A stretch of 64,000 nt of DNA from the human T2T-CHM13v2.0 reference genome, Homo sapiens, in the NCBI RefSeq assembly GCF_009914755.1, contig NC_060926.1; one strand, given 5' to 3'. Each line of letters opens with the position of its first letter. The first letter of the stretch is position 1. The notes under the pieces are model-generated. The model searched no databases. It was not told where the DNA came from and saw only the letters and a program-made list of their open reading frames with translations. The position numbers and the translations under genes are program-made. Positions 11,256 to 25,638 of the stretch are shown in pieces.

Positions 11256-12511
11256 TGTGCTGGGCACTTTTAATTTACCTAATTTAATTGTGTTGACCTC
11301 TCAACAATGGAGAATATCATTATTCTTGCTTTTTGAGTACATTGCAGCTCATAGAGGGTAAATGACTTATCTAAGATCAAACAGCCAATAAGGATGGATA
11401 TGGGATATAAACCCAAGTCTCTCTCACCCCAAAACTTTTGCTCTTTCCACCATACCATCTTGCTTTCCTCTATTGACTCAAGCAGGAGAACTTGATGTTA
11501 AACCCAAGAAAAGAGGTAAAAAGTTACTTATATTCTTCAACTCTCTAAATGTATCTGGTCCAGGAAAGATTGTGACCAAGTTGTAATGAAGCAGCCCCAG
11601 AGAGGGAGGCAAGGCACCTGGCTGGGCTTACCTAGGCCACATAACAAAGATATCACTACTTACCACAAAAGCTGTGGAAAAGAAGAGCTTATATCCGCCC
11701 GTGTGAAGTTCATAGTTTTGAAATCCATAATTGATTGCCTATAGTCTGTCAGCCTGAAAAGGCAACCAATTAATAATGAGCATTAGGGAGATAGTCTTTT
11801 TTTTCAATGTCTGAGAAAGGGTTTTTACGTCTTATCATCCAGGAAGCCAAGTAGTGCTAGGGTAGCATATAAGATCAACCCAATTGTTGACCAAGGCAAT
11901 CCAATCAATTAAAACCTGCTAAATACCACTGCACACAGGCTTCAGAAATCACATATGAGAGAATCAATCCACTGGAACAAGGAAATAAAGGAACCAGTCA
12001 AGGTTAAGGTCAAATCTTTAGCAGAATTCTTAAGGGAGGAATTGGCCTGTATGGCAAATCAGTTACTGCTAAAGATGCAAACTTCGGCTAATGTCCAGAA
12101 ATAGAGGTTGTTAAAATGCATTAGAAGGGTCATGTTTATATTTCTATAGTTGACTAAAAATCTTTACTCATAAAAAATAGGGTCCCCGCTGTATATTATA
12201 GTCTTTGGTGCCTGTCAATAAGAGATAATGTGCTTGAATTTCAGAATTACAGTTCTTAGGCAAGTAAAAAATATTTGTTGAATCTATGGTTAGTGCACAG
12301 CATTAAAGCAGCAACAACCAACAGTCATGAATGTTTGTTTCTAACTCAGTTCCACTGCTGTCTCATGCAACTACTCCCAGTCTTGGCTTTGCCACAAGTA
12401 ACTGAGGATAACAATCTCCCTGCTCCTTACCCCATGGGACACTCAAATGAAGAATTATATCCAAAAGTGCTATGGAACTATGGGGTGCTATGTGAACATG
12501 AGATTTTAAAA

Positions 12512-12872
12512 ATAGTCAGTTCTGACTTCTGTAACAGAATGCCATAGACTGGGAGGTTTAAACAACAGAATTTATTTCTCACAGTTCTGGAAGCTGGAAG
12601 GCTCAGATCAGGTGCCGGCACAGTCAGGGGGTGGTGAGCACCCTCTTCCAGGTTTTAGACTGCTGATTCTCCTTGTCTTCTCACAGAGTAGAAAGAAGAC
12701 AAGAGAGAGCTCTCTGAGGTCTCTTTATAAGGGCACTAATCCCATTCATGAGAGCTGCACCCTCATGACCTAGTCATCTCTCAAAGACTCCAGTTTTGAA
12801 TACCATCACTTTGGAGGTTAGGATTTCAACATATGAATTGTGGATGGGGGCACAAGCATTCAGTCCCTACTA
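12512..12872 (-). mobile_element. MLT1A-type MaLR LTR
   Basis: aacaacagaatttatttctcacagttctggaagctgg ... ggttaggatttcaacatatgaat ... cattcagtcc. Confidence 0.85.
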
Positions 12873-14875
12873 AATGTTCAATGTCTTTCTGTTAATGTTT
12901 ATTAACATTATGTTAGTAGTGTTTATTGTCCATTCAATGTTTATTGTCCATTCTCAAAATATATTTCTGGGAAATGGAACACATATATTAATCTCTTATC
13001 CCCTCAAAAGGTCATCAAAATGACAGTAAAATAATTTTTAAGTGTGAATACATGGAGACAAGAGACTAGTAAAAGCTGTCAATGAAAATAATAGAGGTCA
13101 ATTAATTTCTGAAGCTGGGGGAGTGGCCAAGGGAAGCTGCATTCCAAGGGCTACAAAGATGAATACCTAAAGGAAGTCACCTGAGAGCTCAGGACATGCA
13201 GGCACCAGGTCCACTGAAGACAGGTATGAGACAAAGGCTGATGGCAAGGAAGGAAGGTGAAAGTCTACACAGTAGGTAGTTGTGAGATGCACAGGCAACT
13301 ATCTTACTGTAAGTAGCCTTCCCTTTCACAGACATATATTCTGTGGACCAGATGCACAAATCCCAGGAAAGTGATGTGCAAGATAATTTATTATTTCAAG
13401 TTTTATTTATAATTGTTCTAGTAACTTCTAATACACTGATTGGGAGTAGCATATGTAAAGTGTTCATACATAATGTACAAAGATGGACAGCAAGAACAAA
13501 GAACATGTTAGTTCCAAAGAAATTAAACCATAGAAGTTGCAGCCTGCTCGCCAGAGTGATGGAGAGAGGCTGAAAAGAGGCATTATGTGAGAATCTACAT
13601 GCCAAATAGTGGAATCCTCAGACCCTTCCTCTGTCAGAGGATATCCCTCTCATGCAGGTGATTGGAGGGTACTTCTCTGGGGAATGTGATCAACATGAGA
13701 AAAAAATACCTAATTATACTAACATTCAAGGTACCCCAAAGGAAAGGACAGTCAGTGACAAATTCCCTTGTTGACAAGTCCTCTCCCCAACACAAATACA
13801 CAGAGAAAGCCCCATTCCACTTTTAAGTCTACTCTTAAATATGAGCATAAATTCAGAGATAAACAGAAATCGTGAAAACCTCTAACATGAAAAACACGAA
13901 CTAAAATAAAGGGCTTGAAGAAACATAATGCTTGGAGCCAGAGAAAAATATAAGAAACAATAACAATTAATAATGCCAGTATTACTTTGGGGGAGATACA
14001 TCTATAAGAAAAGAAACAAACATATTTGATTCAGTGGTACCCAATATAGTTAGGATAATAAATACTGACTTTGTGAAATAACTAAATTGGAAGAATAACG
14101 GGAGAGAAAGCAGGTGAGTGGGCACCAGCCTGTAATAAAGCTGAATTCTTTTCTACCATAATGAGAGAAGTTACTAGATAATGTCTTAAAATGACAAACC
14201 ATGGAATGTAGTATAAGATTTTGGGAAGATGGTTGTGAGATAGGTGTGTCTTTTAATCTCTCCAAATCATCCCCCCAAAGCACAAAGAACTAAGAGAGCA
14301 AAAAGTAGAACCCATGTAAAAACCTCTACAACAAAACTAGGTGACAAGATACCCCATGAATCCCACATTGGGAGTGGGTGAGAACAAAGCAGGGACAGTT
14401 CAAGATCTGCATGCTATTAGCATCTGTGCAGAGGGAGCAGGTGGAATCAGTAGGCAACTGGTGGATCTAACAACTGTGAAATATCCAACAAGTATTCACT
14501 CAAAAGTTCAGGGTACCCATTTCTTGCAAATTTATTGTGACTGAGGGGTTTACACACTCTAATAGCAAGTGAGTACATATTGCTCTCTATGTGCCCTCTA
14601 CATAAAGCAGTCTGCACCCTGTGAAATCTCAGAATTAATGAGCCAAAGTTGCTTTCCAAGAAAAATCCCCCCTCTAAGGAAAAACTGCTGGGAATAGAAC
14701 CCAGATTGAAAACAATAAGGACAATAAAGAAAAAGAAAAAAATGAGGCCTAGATAAAATTTGGGGAAGGAGCAAGGAACGCTTAGAAGGTAGTACATCTA
14801 CCTCTCATTAAAATAATAGAAGAGGGACTTTCTAGCCTTGAAATTAGAAAAACTCCCCTAAACCAGGCCTCCCTT

Positions 14876-14990
14876 ATTATTATATTTAATTATATTAATT
14901 AAATATTATATATTATATTAATTAAATATTAATATATTAATTCTACTAAAATAATATATAATATATTAATAGGTTCAATATTATTATAGT
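14876..14990. repeat. AT-rich low-complexity tract
   Basis: Nearly pure A/T with repeated tatattaattaaatatt. Confidence 0.85.
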
Positions 14991-16350
14991 TTGAGAAAAC
15001 TAATTTCACATTAAAAAATGATCATTAGAATAGATGAAGGACAAATGCTCTGCAAAGTTATTGAAAGAAAATAAAGAGTAGCACAGCATCCCTAAGGATA
15101 ATAAAAGCACACCAGAAAGCCAAATCTGCAAAATAGATAAAAATCATAACTTACTATCACAAAATGGGCTAAACAATGTTAAAAATGATGTAAGAGATGA
15201 AAGAATATAATTCAGAATTAGAAAAAAATAGGAAATGAGAAAATAGAACTCAGAAAAAAGAGACATTTAAAAAATTGCTTTTAGAAAGGAAGGCAAAACA
15301 AGAGGCAACATAAGAGTGAATAAACATAACAGATAATGCTTTAAGAGAAAAATAAAATTAAACATAAAGGATTGTGAAAAAATTAATAAAAGGAATTACA
15401 GATAAAGAAACAAACTTAGAAAACAGCCAGTGAAGATCCAACATACGTATAATGGGAGACATCAAAGACCACAAGTTTAAATAAATGAGGAAACAAATAC
15501 TAAAAATTGCAATTCAAGATGTGCTTGAAATTAAATATACACATATGCAAAACTGCATATTGAAAGATCACAGCATTTACTTGAGAAAATCAGCCCAGTA
15601 TGGCCATAACCAGGCATGCTTTGGCAATCCAAGAAAAACAAACACACATCAAGTTAATTATAAGGGTAAGAAAATAATGTTGTCATCAAAAATTTTGACA
15701 TAAATACTGAATTCCAAAAGTAAGTGGAGTAACATATTTGAAATTCTCAAAGGAAAAAAAATATAAACCGAAGATTTTATATTCAGTAAAATTAAATTTC
15801 AAGTATATAGACTGAAGACAAACTTACTTTCACATACAATAACTCAAAGAATATCATTCTCTTGAGCTCTTCCTTAAATATTTAAAAATTTATTCAAATG
15901 AGATCTGAGTAACTAAAATGGCTGGCTAGATACTGACCTAAAGACTCATCATGAGCATTAAATGTGTTTGCATGGAGAATAAGACTAAATGAGGAAATAA
16001 AGAAGAGAACGTAGCAAATTGTGGTGTTTGCTCTGACAACATAGACATAGTACAATGAAAAAAAGGAGAGAATGAGAAGAGCATATGCAATTTAAAAAAA
16101 CCTGCTTTTAGTAATTATGTTGATGGTGATATTGGCATTGCTACTTTAAGAATGTTTTGTGTGAATGTGGGATAGAGAAATAAGTAATGATGTGATATTC
16201 CAATTCTATTCATCCCTGGGTGGGGTAGGGGGGCCTTGAGAACAAGAATTTTCTGTGTGGAAAAAAGGAGATGCATATATAATATAAATATGGTTACATA
16301 AGCACCCTGTAGTTCTAAATTTGAGTTAGGGGAGGAGGTATTGGTATGAA

Positions 16351-16353
<3 letters not shown>

Positions 16354-16401
<48 letters not shown>
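16354..16401 (+). repeat. (GT)24 microsatellite
   Basis: Perfect 48-nt dinucleotide run. Confidence 0.97.
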
Positions 16402-16403
<2 letters not shown>

Positions 16404-17204
16404 CCTAGCTCTATACAGTGAAAAGGCCTAGAAACAATGCCAATCTATTGTTTCTCACTAAAAACAAAAACAAACCAGGACATCTTGGGGAAATGGATGA
16501 TTCCAGATCTGCATAAGAAAATGTTCACAATGAGTCTGAAAAATTCTGGTACGAGAGAGGATTTTTCTCTACCAGGTGATATCAAAGGACATGGGAGCTA
16601 AGTAGAAGAGATTCTCCCTGGCCAAAGATTGGACAATCTGAGCATCATTAAGAAAAATAAGTGCAGTAAAATGAAACATTCTTAAATCCGTAAGTTTACC
16701 CTGATATCCTTCTCTCCATAAAATTATCTTTAGAGGATTCTTTAGTACCAACTCTTTAATTTGAAAATTACTAAATAAACGGAATGGAGTATTTGCTCTG
16801 CTCTTTTTTTTTTAAACAAACTGCACCTCCAGGAAACTAACTATATGAGACAAAAATTCTCTATGTATGAGCATTTCAATAAATAAAAAGAAAGATAAAA
16901 TCAAAAACCACCATTTTATAATCTGTAATAAATAGGCATTGAGAATTAATGGCTACTAACAGCACAAAAAGAGAGACAAGAGAACATTATGTGCCTCTTG
17001 GTGAAAGAACACACCACTATCTACGAAATAGTTTTGCCTCCTCCCTCCCAAAATAAACGAACTTAAATATGATTAAGTTCTAGATCCAAATATTAAATTA
17101 CAGGAATCAATCAGCAAACACCAGACTGTGAGAAATTCAATATGACAAATAATCTAGCCTCTTCCAAAATAAATTACAAGAAAATCATAAAGGTGGAGAA
17201 TGGT

Positions 17205-17588
17205 GGTATAAGTTTGCTTGGGCTGCCATCACCAAGTACCACAGGCTGGGTGGCTTAAACAACAGAAATGTATTTCCTCACAGCTCTGAATGCTAGAAAT
17301 TCAAGATCAAAATGTTGGCAGGATTGGTTTCCCCAGAGTCCTCTCTCCCGGGCTCGTAGATGGACCTCCTCTCCTGGTGTCCTCAAGTGGTCTTCCCTCT
17401 GTACATGTCTGTGGCCTAACCTACTCTTCTTATGATCCCAGTCATACTGGAATTTAGCCCACTCTAATAAGCTCATTTTAACTTAATTACCTTTTTTAGG
17501 TCCCTGTTCATATACAGTCACATTCTGAAGTATTCGAGGTTAGGGCTTCAACATACGAATTTATGGTGACGCAGTTCAACCCATAACA
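17205..17588 (-). mobile_element. MLT1B-type MaLR LTR
   Basis: gggctgccatcaccaagtaccacaggctgggtggcttaaacaacagaaat ... cagttcaacccataaca. Confidence 0.88.
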
Positions 17589-18548
17589 GGAGCCTGTGGA
17601 TTATAAGAGACTTGAAAATATACCACCTTCACAAATAAACAGTTGGATGATAAAACTATAAAGAAAAATAAAGGAGGGAGGACCATAACAGGCTCCTGGA
17701 TACTCTGGGGGGAAGTATGTGGCTGTGATTGACAGGTGCACGTGGAAAGCATCTGGGGTGACTTCAGCTTCTACCTCCTGACCAGGGAGGTGGGTACAAG
17801 GGCAATCCTCTTCTAGTTCATTATGCTGCACATTTGTTTTTTTGCAGTTTTCTGCATTTGTGTGATACTTAACAATAACATAAATACAAACAAATAGGAA
17901 GATAAACATATTATGATAAATATGAAGATAAACACATTATGATAAATACAAGAAGACAGAGCTAAAGGGGTTAGAAGTGGTTGCCTTTGGGAGAATGAGC
18001 CTGAAACTACTTACATATGTTTGTAATGCCTGTCATGTAAGCATGGCAGTACCAGTAGCGTTTCCTTTATCCTGTCTACTACTATGAAAAGTAGAAATTC
18101 TACATTAAGAAAATGTATATTCCTATTGAGGCCTGTCTTCATGAACTCTCTATAGTCCTAGTGTCTAGCTCAGTGGAAGAAACATAGCACATATACACAA
18201 GACATGGGCTTCTGATGAATAAATGAGTAAATACTTGAATTCACTCCAGAATCAGAGAGACGCTGCATCTAAATCCAGTTTTGCCCCTGCATGCCATCAC
18301 AAAATTGTTTCAATCCCTGGGGAAAAACAATGCCTATAACATGGCAACATGTAACTAGGAAGTTAGACGCTGACATACACAGTTATTGAATGTAAAACTT
18401 AGATTTGATTATTTAGGTAAATCTACTTCATAAATGGTATTGCCAGGGAAGGTCTAATTACCTTTGATTAAGTGAAATAGAATATTTAAAAGTGTGTAGC
18501 ACTTTATCAGGCATACAGTAGATATGCAAAAAAAATTATTTATAATAA

Positions 18549-18850
18549 CTTTTTTTTAGAGACTGAGTCTCACTCTGTTGCCTCAGCTGAGTGCAGTGGT
18601 ACAATCACAGCTCACTGTAACCGCAAACTCCTGGGCTCAGGAAATCTTCCCGCTTCAGCCTCTTAAGTAGCTAGGACTACAGGTCCTACAGCTCTCCACC
18701 ATGCTCAGCTAATTTTTTTTTTTAACTTTTTTGTATAGACGAAGCTTTGTTACATTGCCCAGCATGTTTTTGAACTCCTGGACTCACATGATTCTTCTGC
18801 CTCACCTCCCAAAGTGCTAGGATTACAGGTGTGAGTCACCAAGCCCAATC
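18549..18850 (-). mobile_element. AluJ
   Basis: Reverse Alu with J-type features (acaatcacagctcactg, aactcctgggctcag). Highly diverged. Confidence 0.92.
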
Positions 18851-19282
18851 ATAGTAATTGTTAATAGAACTATCATCCTAGGGCCTCAGCAGATGACCTT
18901 AACAATAACCATTGAGGGGACCTTGGTAAAAACTGTTCTTTAGCTGAGTCACTATTCACATGAAGCTACTTCAGGCCTTATATCTACTCCTTCCTCATTT
19001 GTGGGGATGAAAAGCAGGTTACATAATGCCTTAGTTCTCATGCAACATCATATATCTGCAGAAAACAAGCCAAGTGGCTGCAACCAGAGGCTGGGAGGAT
19101 AACAGCCACAAGAGAGTTGCAAGGAGGGGCTGGTGTGTAACCAACTCAATTCTCCTTGGTATCTAAAACAGCAATCAGCTTCCTCTGGGTTTTTTGGAGT
19201 CTGCTGGAATGAAGGTTTGCTCTTCGTTGATGGGGATATTGACCCCAGCAAGAGTTCAAAAGGAAATTTTATCTTGAAAAGG

Positions 19283-19667
19283 TATCTTAGCTTCGACTAC
19301 CATAAAAATACAAAAGACTGTGCAGTTTAAAAACCATAAAAATTTATTTCTTACAGTTCCCAAGGCTGGGAAGTCCAAGATCAAGGTGGCAGCTGAGCTC
19401 TCTTCCTGGCCTGCAGACAGCCACCTTCTCACTGCATCCCCACATGGCAGAGAGAGAGAGAGAGAGAGAGAGTAATAGAGCTCTGGTGTCTTTTCCTCTT
19501 CTTATAAGGACATCAACCCTATCGGATTAGGGAATCCCCCTTATGACCTTATTTGACCTTAATTACCTTTTTAAAGGTCCTATATCCAAATATAGTCATA
19601 CTGGGAGGCAGGGCCTCAACATGTGAAGTGGTGGAGAGGTAGGCACACAAATATTCAATCCATAACA
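19283..19667 (-). mobile_element. MLT1A-type MaLR LTR with internal (AG)n
   Basis: aatttatttcttacagttcccaaggctgggaagtccaagatcaaggtggcagc ... caatccataaca. Confidence 0.85.
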
Positions 19668-21427
19668 AGAGCATTAGTAGCAAAAATAGGATAATGATAC
19701 CCTACATGTGTGCAGCACTGTACGGTTTTCAAAGCACTTTCACACTCAAATTTTTATTTGAACGTCTCAGCAAAAGTAAGTAGTAAAAGCATTATTACAT
19801 CACATTTGCAGATGGAAACGTCTCAGGATCTTTTAAAAGATGCAATTAAAACAGTGAGCTTTCTTCCTCATTTTAGGAACCTCTTAATTTAATACATATA
19901 TAGGTTAGATTTTTTTAATCAGAAAAAAATCACATTAAATATATATGCTAAACTCATTCTAGCAAGAGATTTGGAAAAGTGGAGTAATCATTTTCTCTTT
20001 CTCTCTCTCATTAATTCTCTCCTACTTCCCTTTTCCTCTTCCCTATCTGATAGTAACAATACCCAATTTTCAATGCAATGCTTCACAAATTTGACACAGT
20101 ATAGGCAGTTGTGCCCTTCGCAATACGTATCAGATCTTACATGGCAAACTGTGGGTCTGTCTGACATACCTGGCAGAGGAAAGAGGGGGCTTATGCACGG
20201 CCACCTGAAGCTTGGAAGTCAGGGTAAATAAACCCGCCGTCCCCAGACCGTTACACACTGGGGGCAACATAACCTGCTCAAAATAACTCTGCACCCAAAG
20301 CCAGGCTGAACACCCTGGCAGATAGGAAGGTAAGCCATGGGAGTTCCTGGTCAGTTTTTGTAATATATCCTGGTTCTTGTCTCCCACTTTCACCGCCTAT
20401 CCATTCAGACCTTGCTGCTCACCTGTGGCTTAGCTCCTGTTCAGGTCCTGTTCAGAGCCCTGCTCTTCCCTTCTGGGTCGGATGACCACACTTGGTGTCC
20501 CTGGCTTTTCCTAAGGCAGCCCTCACAAAGTGTGCTCCTCAGAACACTTGGCTTTAATCTTGTCCTAGAGGAAAAAAGTAGGGCCTCTCCTTAAGTTTGG
20601 AAATACCTGTTTGAACAGAGTTAGACATGTTCCCTAGCTGCAGACCTTCTCAGAGCCTTTGGTGGCATGCAGATGAGCTGATACACTCTAAGAAAAGCCT
20701 GAGAATATGTGCTTTTCCTAAGCTTATTGTTCATGGACTCCTTTCTCTGGAGGAGCACCTCTTCCCATCCTTTGGAGCTGGTGATACCAGGAACACAGTG
20801 TGGGAAACGCTGCACTGGGGACACAGGCTGTGCCCAACCTCCTCCCACTCCTGCTTACAGGCCACACCCTCAGCCGGTCCCACATTTTCCCAAGGCCCCT
20901 CCTCCTGCCACTCCTCTCAAAAAGACAGAATACACAGGCTACACAGCCCTTTCATTTGCTGAATCTCAATATTCTGCCATGCACGCAGAAAGCCTAAGCA
21001 GCTGGACCTGGGCTGCAAGGAGGAAAAGCAGGACAGCAGAGCTCTGTTATCAGAGCATCCCCTGTGTTTATCAGGAATGGGCTTTATTAACAGGAAAAAA
21101 GAAACAATTTGTTATTGACTTGTCCTGGTAATTCACTGCCCTCCTGCTCTCCAGCTATCCAGAAAGCCTATCTCGACCGTGTCAGGCGGGCAGAGGAGGC
21201 TCTAACAGGGCTTGAATGGAATCAGAGACTATTGATCATCGTGTCTTCCACTGCTGCTGGCTCTCAGCCTGTGACAGTCATCAATCAGGGATTTCAGGGG
21301 CAGCTGGGGCTAGCACAACTTTATCAATGAAGCTCACTGAGGAAACTCTTGAGAAAGTCTTTGTGTGGGTCAGACATAGGCAAAGCAGCTTTGTTCTCAG
21401 CCATTGTCATCACTGAAGAATAAGGGA

Positions 21428-21960
21428 AGGTGGTGGTTGGTATCCAAAAGCGGCCTCTGTGAGCCACCATGCCCATATTCGCGCCCTTGTTTAGACTTTT
21501 TCCCCTTCCACCTTGTATCTGAGCTGCCCTGTGACTTGACCTCACCAATAGAACGCAACTGAACAGATGCTCCACCAGTGCCAGGCCTCAGTCTCAAGGA
21601 GACCTAAGAGCTTCTGCTCTTGTGATTTGGGAGCCCTGAGCCTCTATGCATGAAGTCTGGCCACCTTGCTAGAAAGGCTATAAGGACAGCCCATGTGGAG
21701 TGGCCACGGGAGATTACACAAAGAGACACCGTGTCCTGGCTGAGCTCAGCCTGCCAGCCCTCTCAGCCAAGGTGCAGAAAAGTGAAGAAGCTGTCTGAGT
21801 TGTCCCAGTCCCAGGAGATGTCACATGGGACAGAGATGAGCCAGCTTCATCCACTCTGCCCTGATTCCTGACCCACAGAACCTTGAGAAATAATAAACAC
21901 GGTTGTCTTCAGCCACTACATTCTGGGGTAGTTTGTTAAGCAGCAATTCACAACTAAACA
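21428..21960 (+). mobile_element. MLT1G/H-type MaLR LTR
   Basis: gagctgccctgtgacttgacctcaccaatagaa ... ttcctgacccacagaacc...aataataaa...gccactacattctggggtagtttgtt. Confidence 0.75.
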
Positions 21961-22316
21961 ACTAAACATAACGCAGTGTGAGTTAAACAACAAAAACAGA
22001 GAGGTAGTGGGGTACCCATGGTTTGGAGTCAGGGGTCCAGAATAACAAACAGACAAGGGATGAGGTGTGCTGGCCTCAGGGGTGGGCGTCAGACAGACAA
22101 GGGGAGGAAGGGTGAGAACCATCCCAGAAAGTAGATCTCCTCATGGGGGTGTTCATTTTCAGCAAGGAGAATTCCTCTGTGTCTCTAGGCAAGCCCATGG
22201 CACTGAGCAGGGAGAGAGGGAAGGGAAGGGTCTCACATTTGTTTGGGATCTGCTATGTGCCAGAGTGTGGCCACCGTCTGGCTGAGAGTGAGACCTGGTC
22301 TCTTAAAAATAAATAA

Positions 22317-22678
<362 letters not shown>

Positions 22679-23269
22679 AGGAATCCATTTCTAATGTTTG
22701 GGCATAGCTGTGGATCTCTCTGAATATAAGTGCATCTGGCTGTGGGAAGGGCAGGATGGAAGGAGAGCTCGGTCCCATGTACTCAGGGCCCTACAGAGGC
22801 CCTCTGAGAATTGCTGACAGCTGCAGGATTGAGTGCCTGCTGGGTCCCTGCTGCTTCATCACCTTACGCCATTCATCTGCAAAGTTTGTCACCTTACACC
22901 ACACCTCTGCAAAGTAGGAATTGCTGCTCCTTTTACAGATGAGGAAGCCCTCACAAGGTCACCAGCAGGAAGTGGCCCAGCTGCGACAGGAATGCAGGGA
23001 GTCTGTGTCTCCCAAGCCCACTGCAGTCTCTGCCTCTACCAGTGACCCCGGCAGGTGGACGGGCACACCTGTTCCTAGTTCTGATGGCCAAAAATATTCC
23101 AAACCAAATGTGAGGCCCCTGGCAGCACAAGTTGAGCCTTAAAACAGGAAGTGTGGGAGGGTGGGCTGTCAGCAGGCAGATCTCCAATGTGTACCTCTTA
23201 AAACCTGTCTGGACATAGTTATAGGAAAGCACGGCAGCTTAGCAGGTGCCTAAACAATAAACACATTTC

Positions 23270-23470
23270 TTCTTTTATTTTAATTCCTGAGTGCCTGTTC
23301 CACGCCAGGGTATTGGTTGGTAAATTCTTTATTGCATTTAAACCCCACAACAAACCTACAATGTGGATATCGTTATCCCCATTCTGCAGCCAAAGAAACT
23401 GATGTTCAGAGAGATTAAGTGACAAGCCCACACCTGCCACACTTCAAAACCTGTGTCCTTTCCACTTCAG
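23270..23470 (-). mobile_element. MIR
   Basis: ccccattctgcagccaaagaaactgatgttcagagagattaagtgac is the MIR core. Confidence 0.7.
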
Positions 23471-24544
23471 GTATGTCAGAGAGATAAGAACAGAAAGGTT
23501 AATCCTCATATGACACTCTGAAGTAAATGCTTGCTTTATTCTCATCTTTTCAGGTTAAAAAAAAAAAAAGTAAGATTCAGCAGGGTTTATGGCTCATTTA
23601 AAGTCCCCAGATATGAAGTGAAGGATTTAGGATTTGAACCCCAGTCATTTCCTTTCCATTACCCTCTTCAAGGGCAAGGCCCCAGCTTATTCTCTTTTGG
23701 CATTCTGCCCATCAATGCGCCATAAGTGAAAAAGGATGGAGTGTATAAGTCCCAGGAAGCTCTGAGCCCCAGGAAGGGGAGAAAGGAGAATTGGGCAGGA
23801 ATATACATAAAAAGCGAAAAGATGTGTGGGCGAGAACACAGCCAGACCAACTGCTTCCTTTCTCTTTACCACACGCGTGGGGTTGCTGCAGGCATCCTTG
23901 GAGATTTATTCTGTTTCCATATATGGTATCTCTGGGACGGCAGGGGTTTCTTTCTGCACGTGACCTTTTCCCCTAATAAAATGCCTTTGTCACTCTCTGA
24001 TGACCTATTCACAGCTTTTCTCCACCTTTTATATTCTTTTTTGGCTTCAAGAACATCTATTTTTCACTCAGCCAATAGTTTTGCTCAATATCGAATTCAT
24101 CTCCTGTCTTGAAATAAAGCCAAATGGGGATGGGATACAATTATTTGTCGATTTCAAGCCAGCCCATATGTCTACCAATATGAGAGCTGAGTTTTCCTCA
24201 TGGGCAATCTTTGTTTTTAGTAGAATTACATTCTAAGACGGTGGCCTGCTTTGACATCCTGAAGAACAAGCATACTATATCTTTTATCTCTCAGTACATT
24301 GTAGTCAAATGCTTAACTCCCTTCTGTAGCTACAGGCTGAGGCCAGACTCTGTTGCCAGGACCAAGAACACTACTGGTGGGACCTCAGGGAACAACCCTG
24401 CAACCTGCTCAGACAAGCCATGGTTCTGTGGTGCAGCAGGAAGGCAGACTGATGATGGCTCTCATGATGGGTAGCAAAGACCAAAAAATCAGAGGAATGT
24501 TCGAGGTACACGTCAAACACTAGGACAAAACACTAGGACAGACA

Positions 24545-25057
24545 TTTTTACCAAGGGCCCGAGGATGGAATTCAGGCATTCCAAGAACATGAATGGGGAA
24601 AAAAAATTACATCTTTATTTTCATTCATCACTAACTGAAATTTAGCTTTTCCTTCAATTATAAAAGGAAGCAACAAACCAGAGTAGTATTCATAGTACTG
24701 GGTCTTTGTCACCATAGACATGTGGATATTTTTATATCATGTTACAGTTGTTGCAGATATACAAAAAAAAATTTTTTTTTTTTGCCCGTTACTACTTCAA
24801 ACTTTATGGGACTAACCCTACCCACACTAAATGTTGTTATTAAGTTCATTAATAGGAAGCACATGCCATACTAATTCACAAATTGGGGTTTTGAAGTTTT
24901 TTATGTATCAATATAATAAAATATTATTGAATTATGTTTTACTTATCGTATGTACTTTATTTTCTGCATTAAGAAACATTACTCTGAGAAAGGGTCCATA
25001 GGCTTCATCAGACCACCAGTGGGGCCCATGCCATTACAGTGGTTAAGATCTTTTGCT
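24545..25057. mobile_element. hAT-Charlie non-autonomous element (Charlie4a-like)
   Basis: gggaaaaaaaattacatctttattttc...ctaactgaaatttagc...gttacagttgttgcagatat...ctgagaaagggtccataggcttcatcagac...ggttaagatc. Confidence 0.75.
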
Positions 25058-25161
25058 CTAAGGGAAGCCTGAGGCTCCTAAATCCCCCTCAAAACAGGAG
25101 ATGGAGAAAGAAAAGGAAGAAAGAGGAGGTGGAAGAGGATGGGGTATGACGGATGGAGGAC

Positions 25162-25638
25162 TGCGTTAGCCTGTTTTTTTTTTTTTCTTTTTTGCATTGT
25201 TTTAAAGAAATAACCCGAGGCTGGATAATTTATAAAGAAAAGAGGTTTAATTGGCTCATGATTCTTTAGGCTTCACAGAAAGGTGCAGGCTTTATAGATG
25301 GGCTCACGATTCTGCAGGCTTTACAGAAAGCATAGTGTGGGCATCTGCTCCTAGTGAGCCCTCAGGGAACTTCCACTCATGGTAGAAGGGGAAGCCCATG
25401 CATGACATGGAGAGAGAGGGAGCAAGAAAGAGAAGGGGGAAGTCCCAGACTCTTTTAAACACCCAGATCGCATGTGAACTAATTGAGCAAAAACTCGCTC
25501 ATCAGCAAGGGGTTGGTGCTTCGTTCATGAGGGATCTGTCCCCCATGATCCAATCACCTCCCACCTGGCCCCATCTCCAACACTGGGGGTCACATTTCAA
25601 CATGAGATTTAGAGGGGACATACATCCAAACCATATCA
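25162..25638 (-). mobile_element. MSTB-type MaLR solo LTR with internal duplication
   Basis: aatttataaagaaaagaggtttaattggctca ... catccaaaccatatca, with TSD aggac/aggag. Confidence 0.9.

Larger units (their letters stand above)
12950..17900 (+). mobile_element. Old L1M (L1MC4-like) remnants: 5'/ORF1 region followed by 3'UTR
   Basis: ORF1p-like motifs RSNIRIMG (~15434-15457) and WSNIFEILK...PKILYSVKLNFK (~15725-15803). L1MC-type 3'UTR (gaaaaggcctagaaacaatg...gaaatggatgattccag) from ~16400. Interrupted by repeats; boundaries approximate. Confidence 0.65.
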
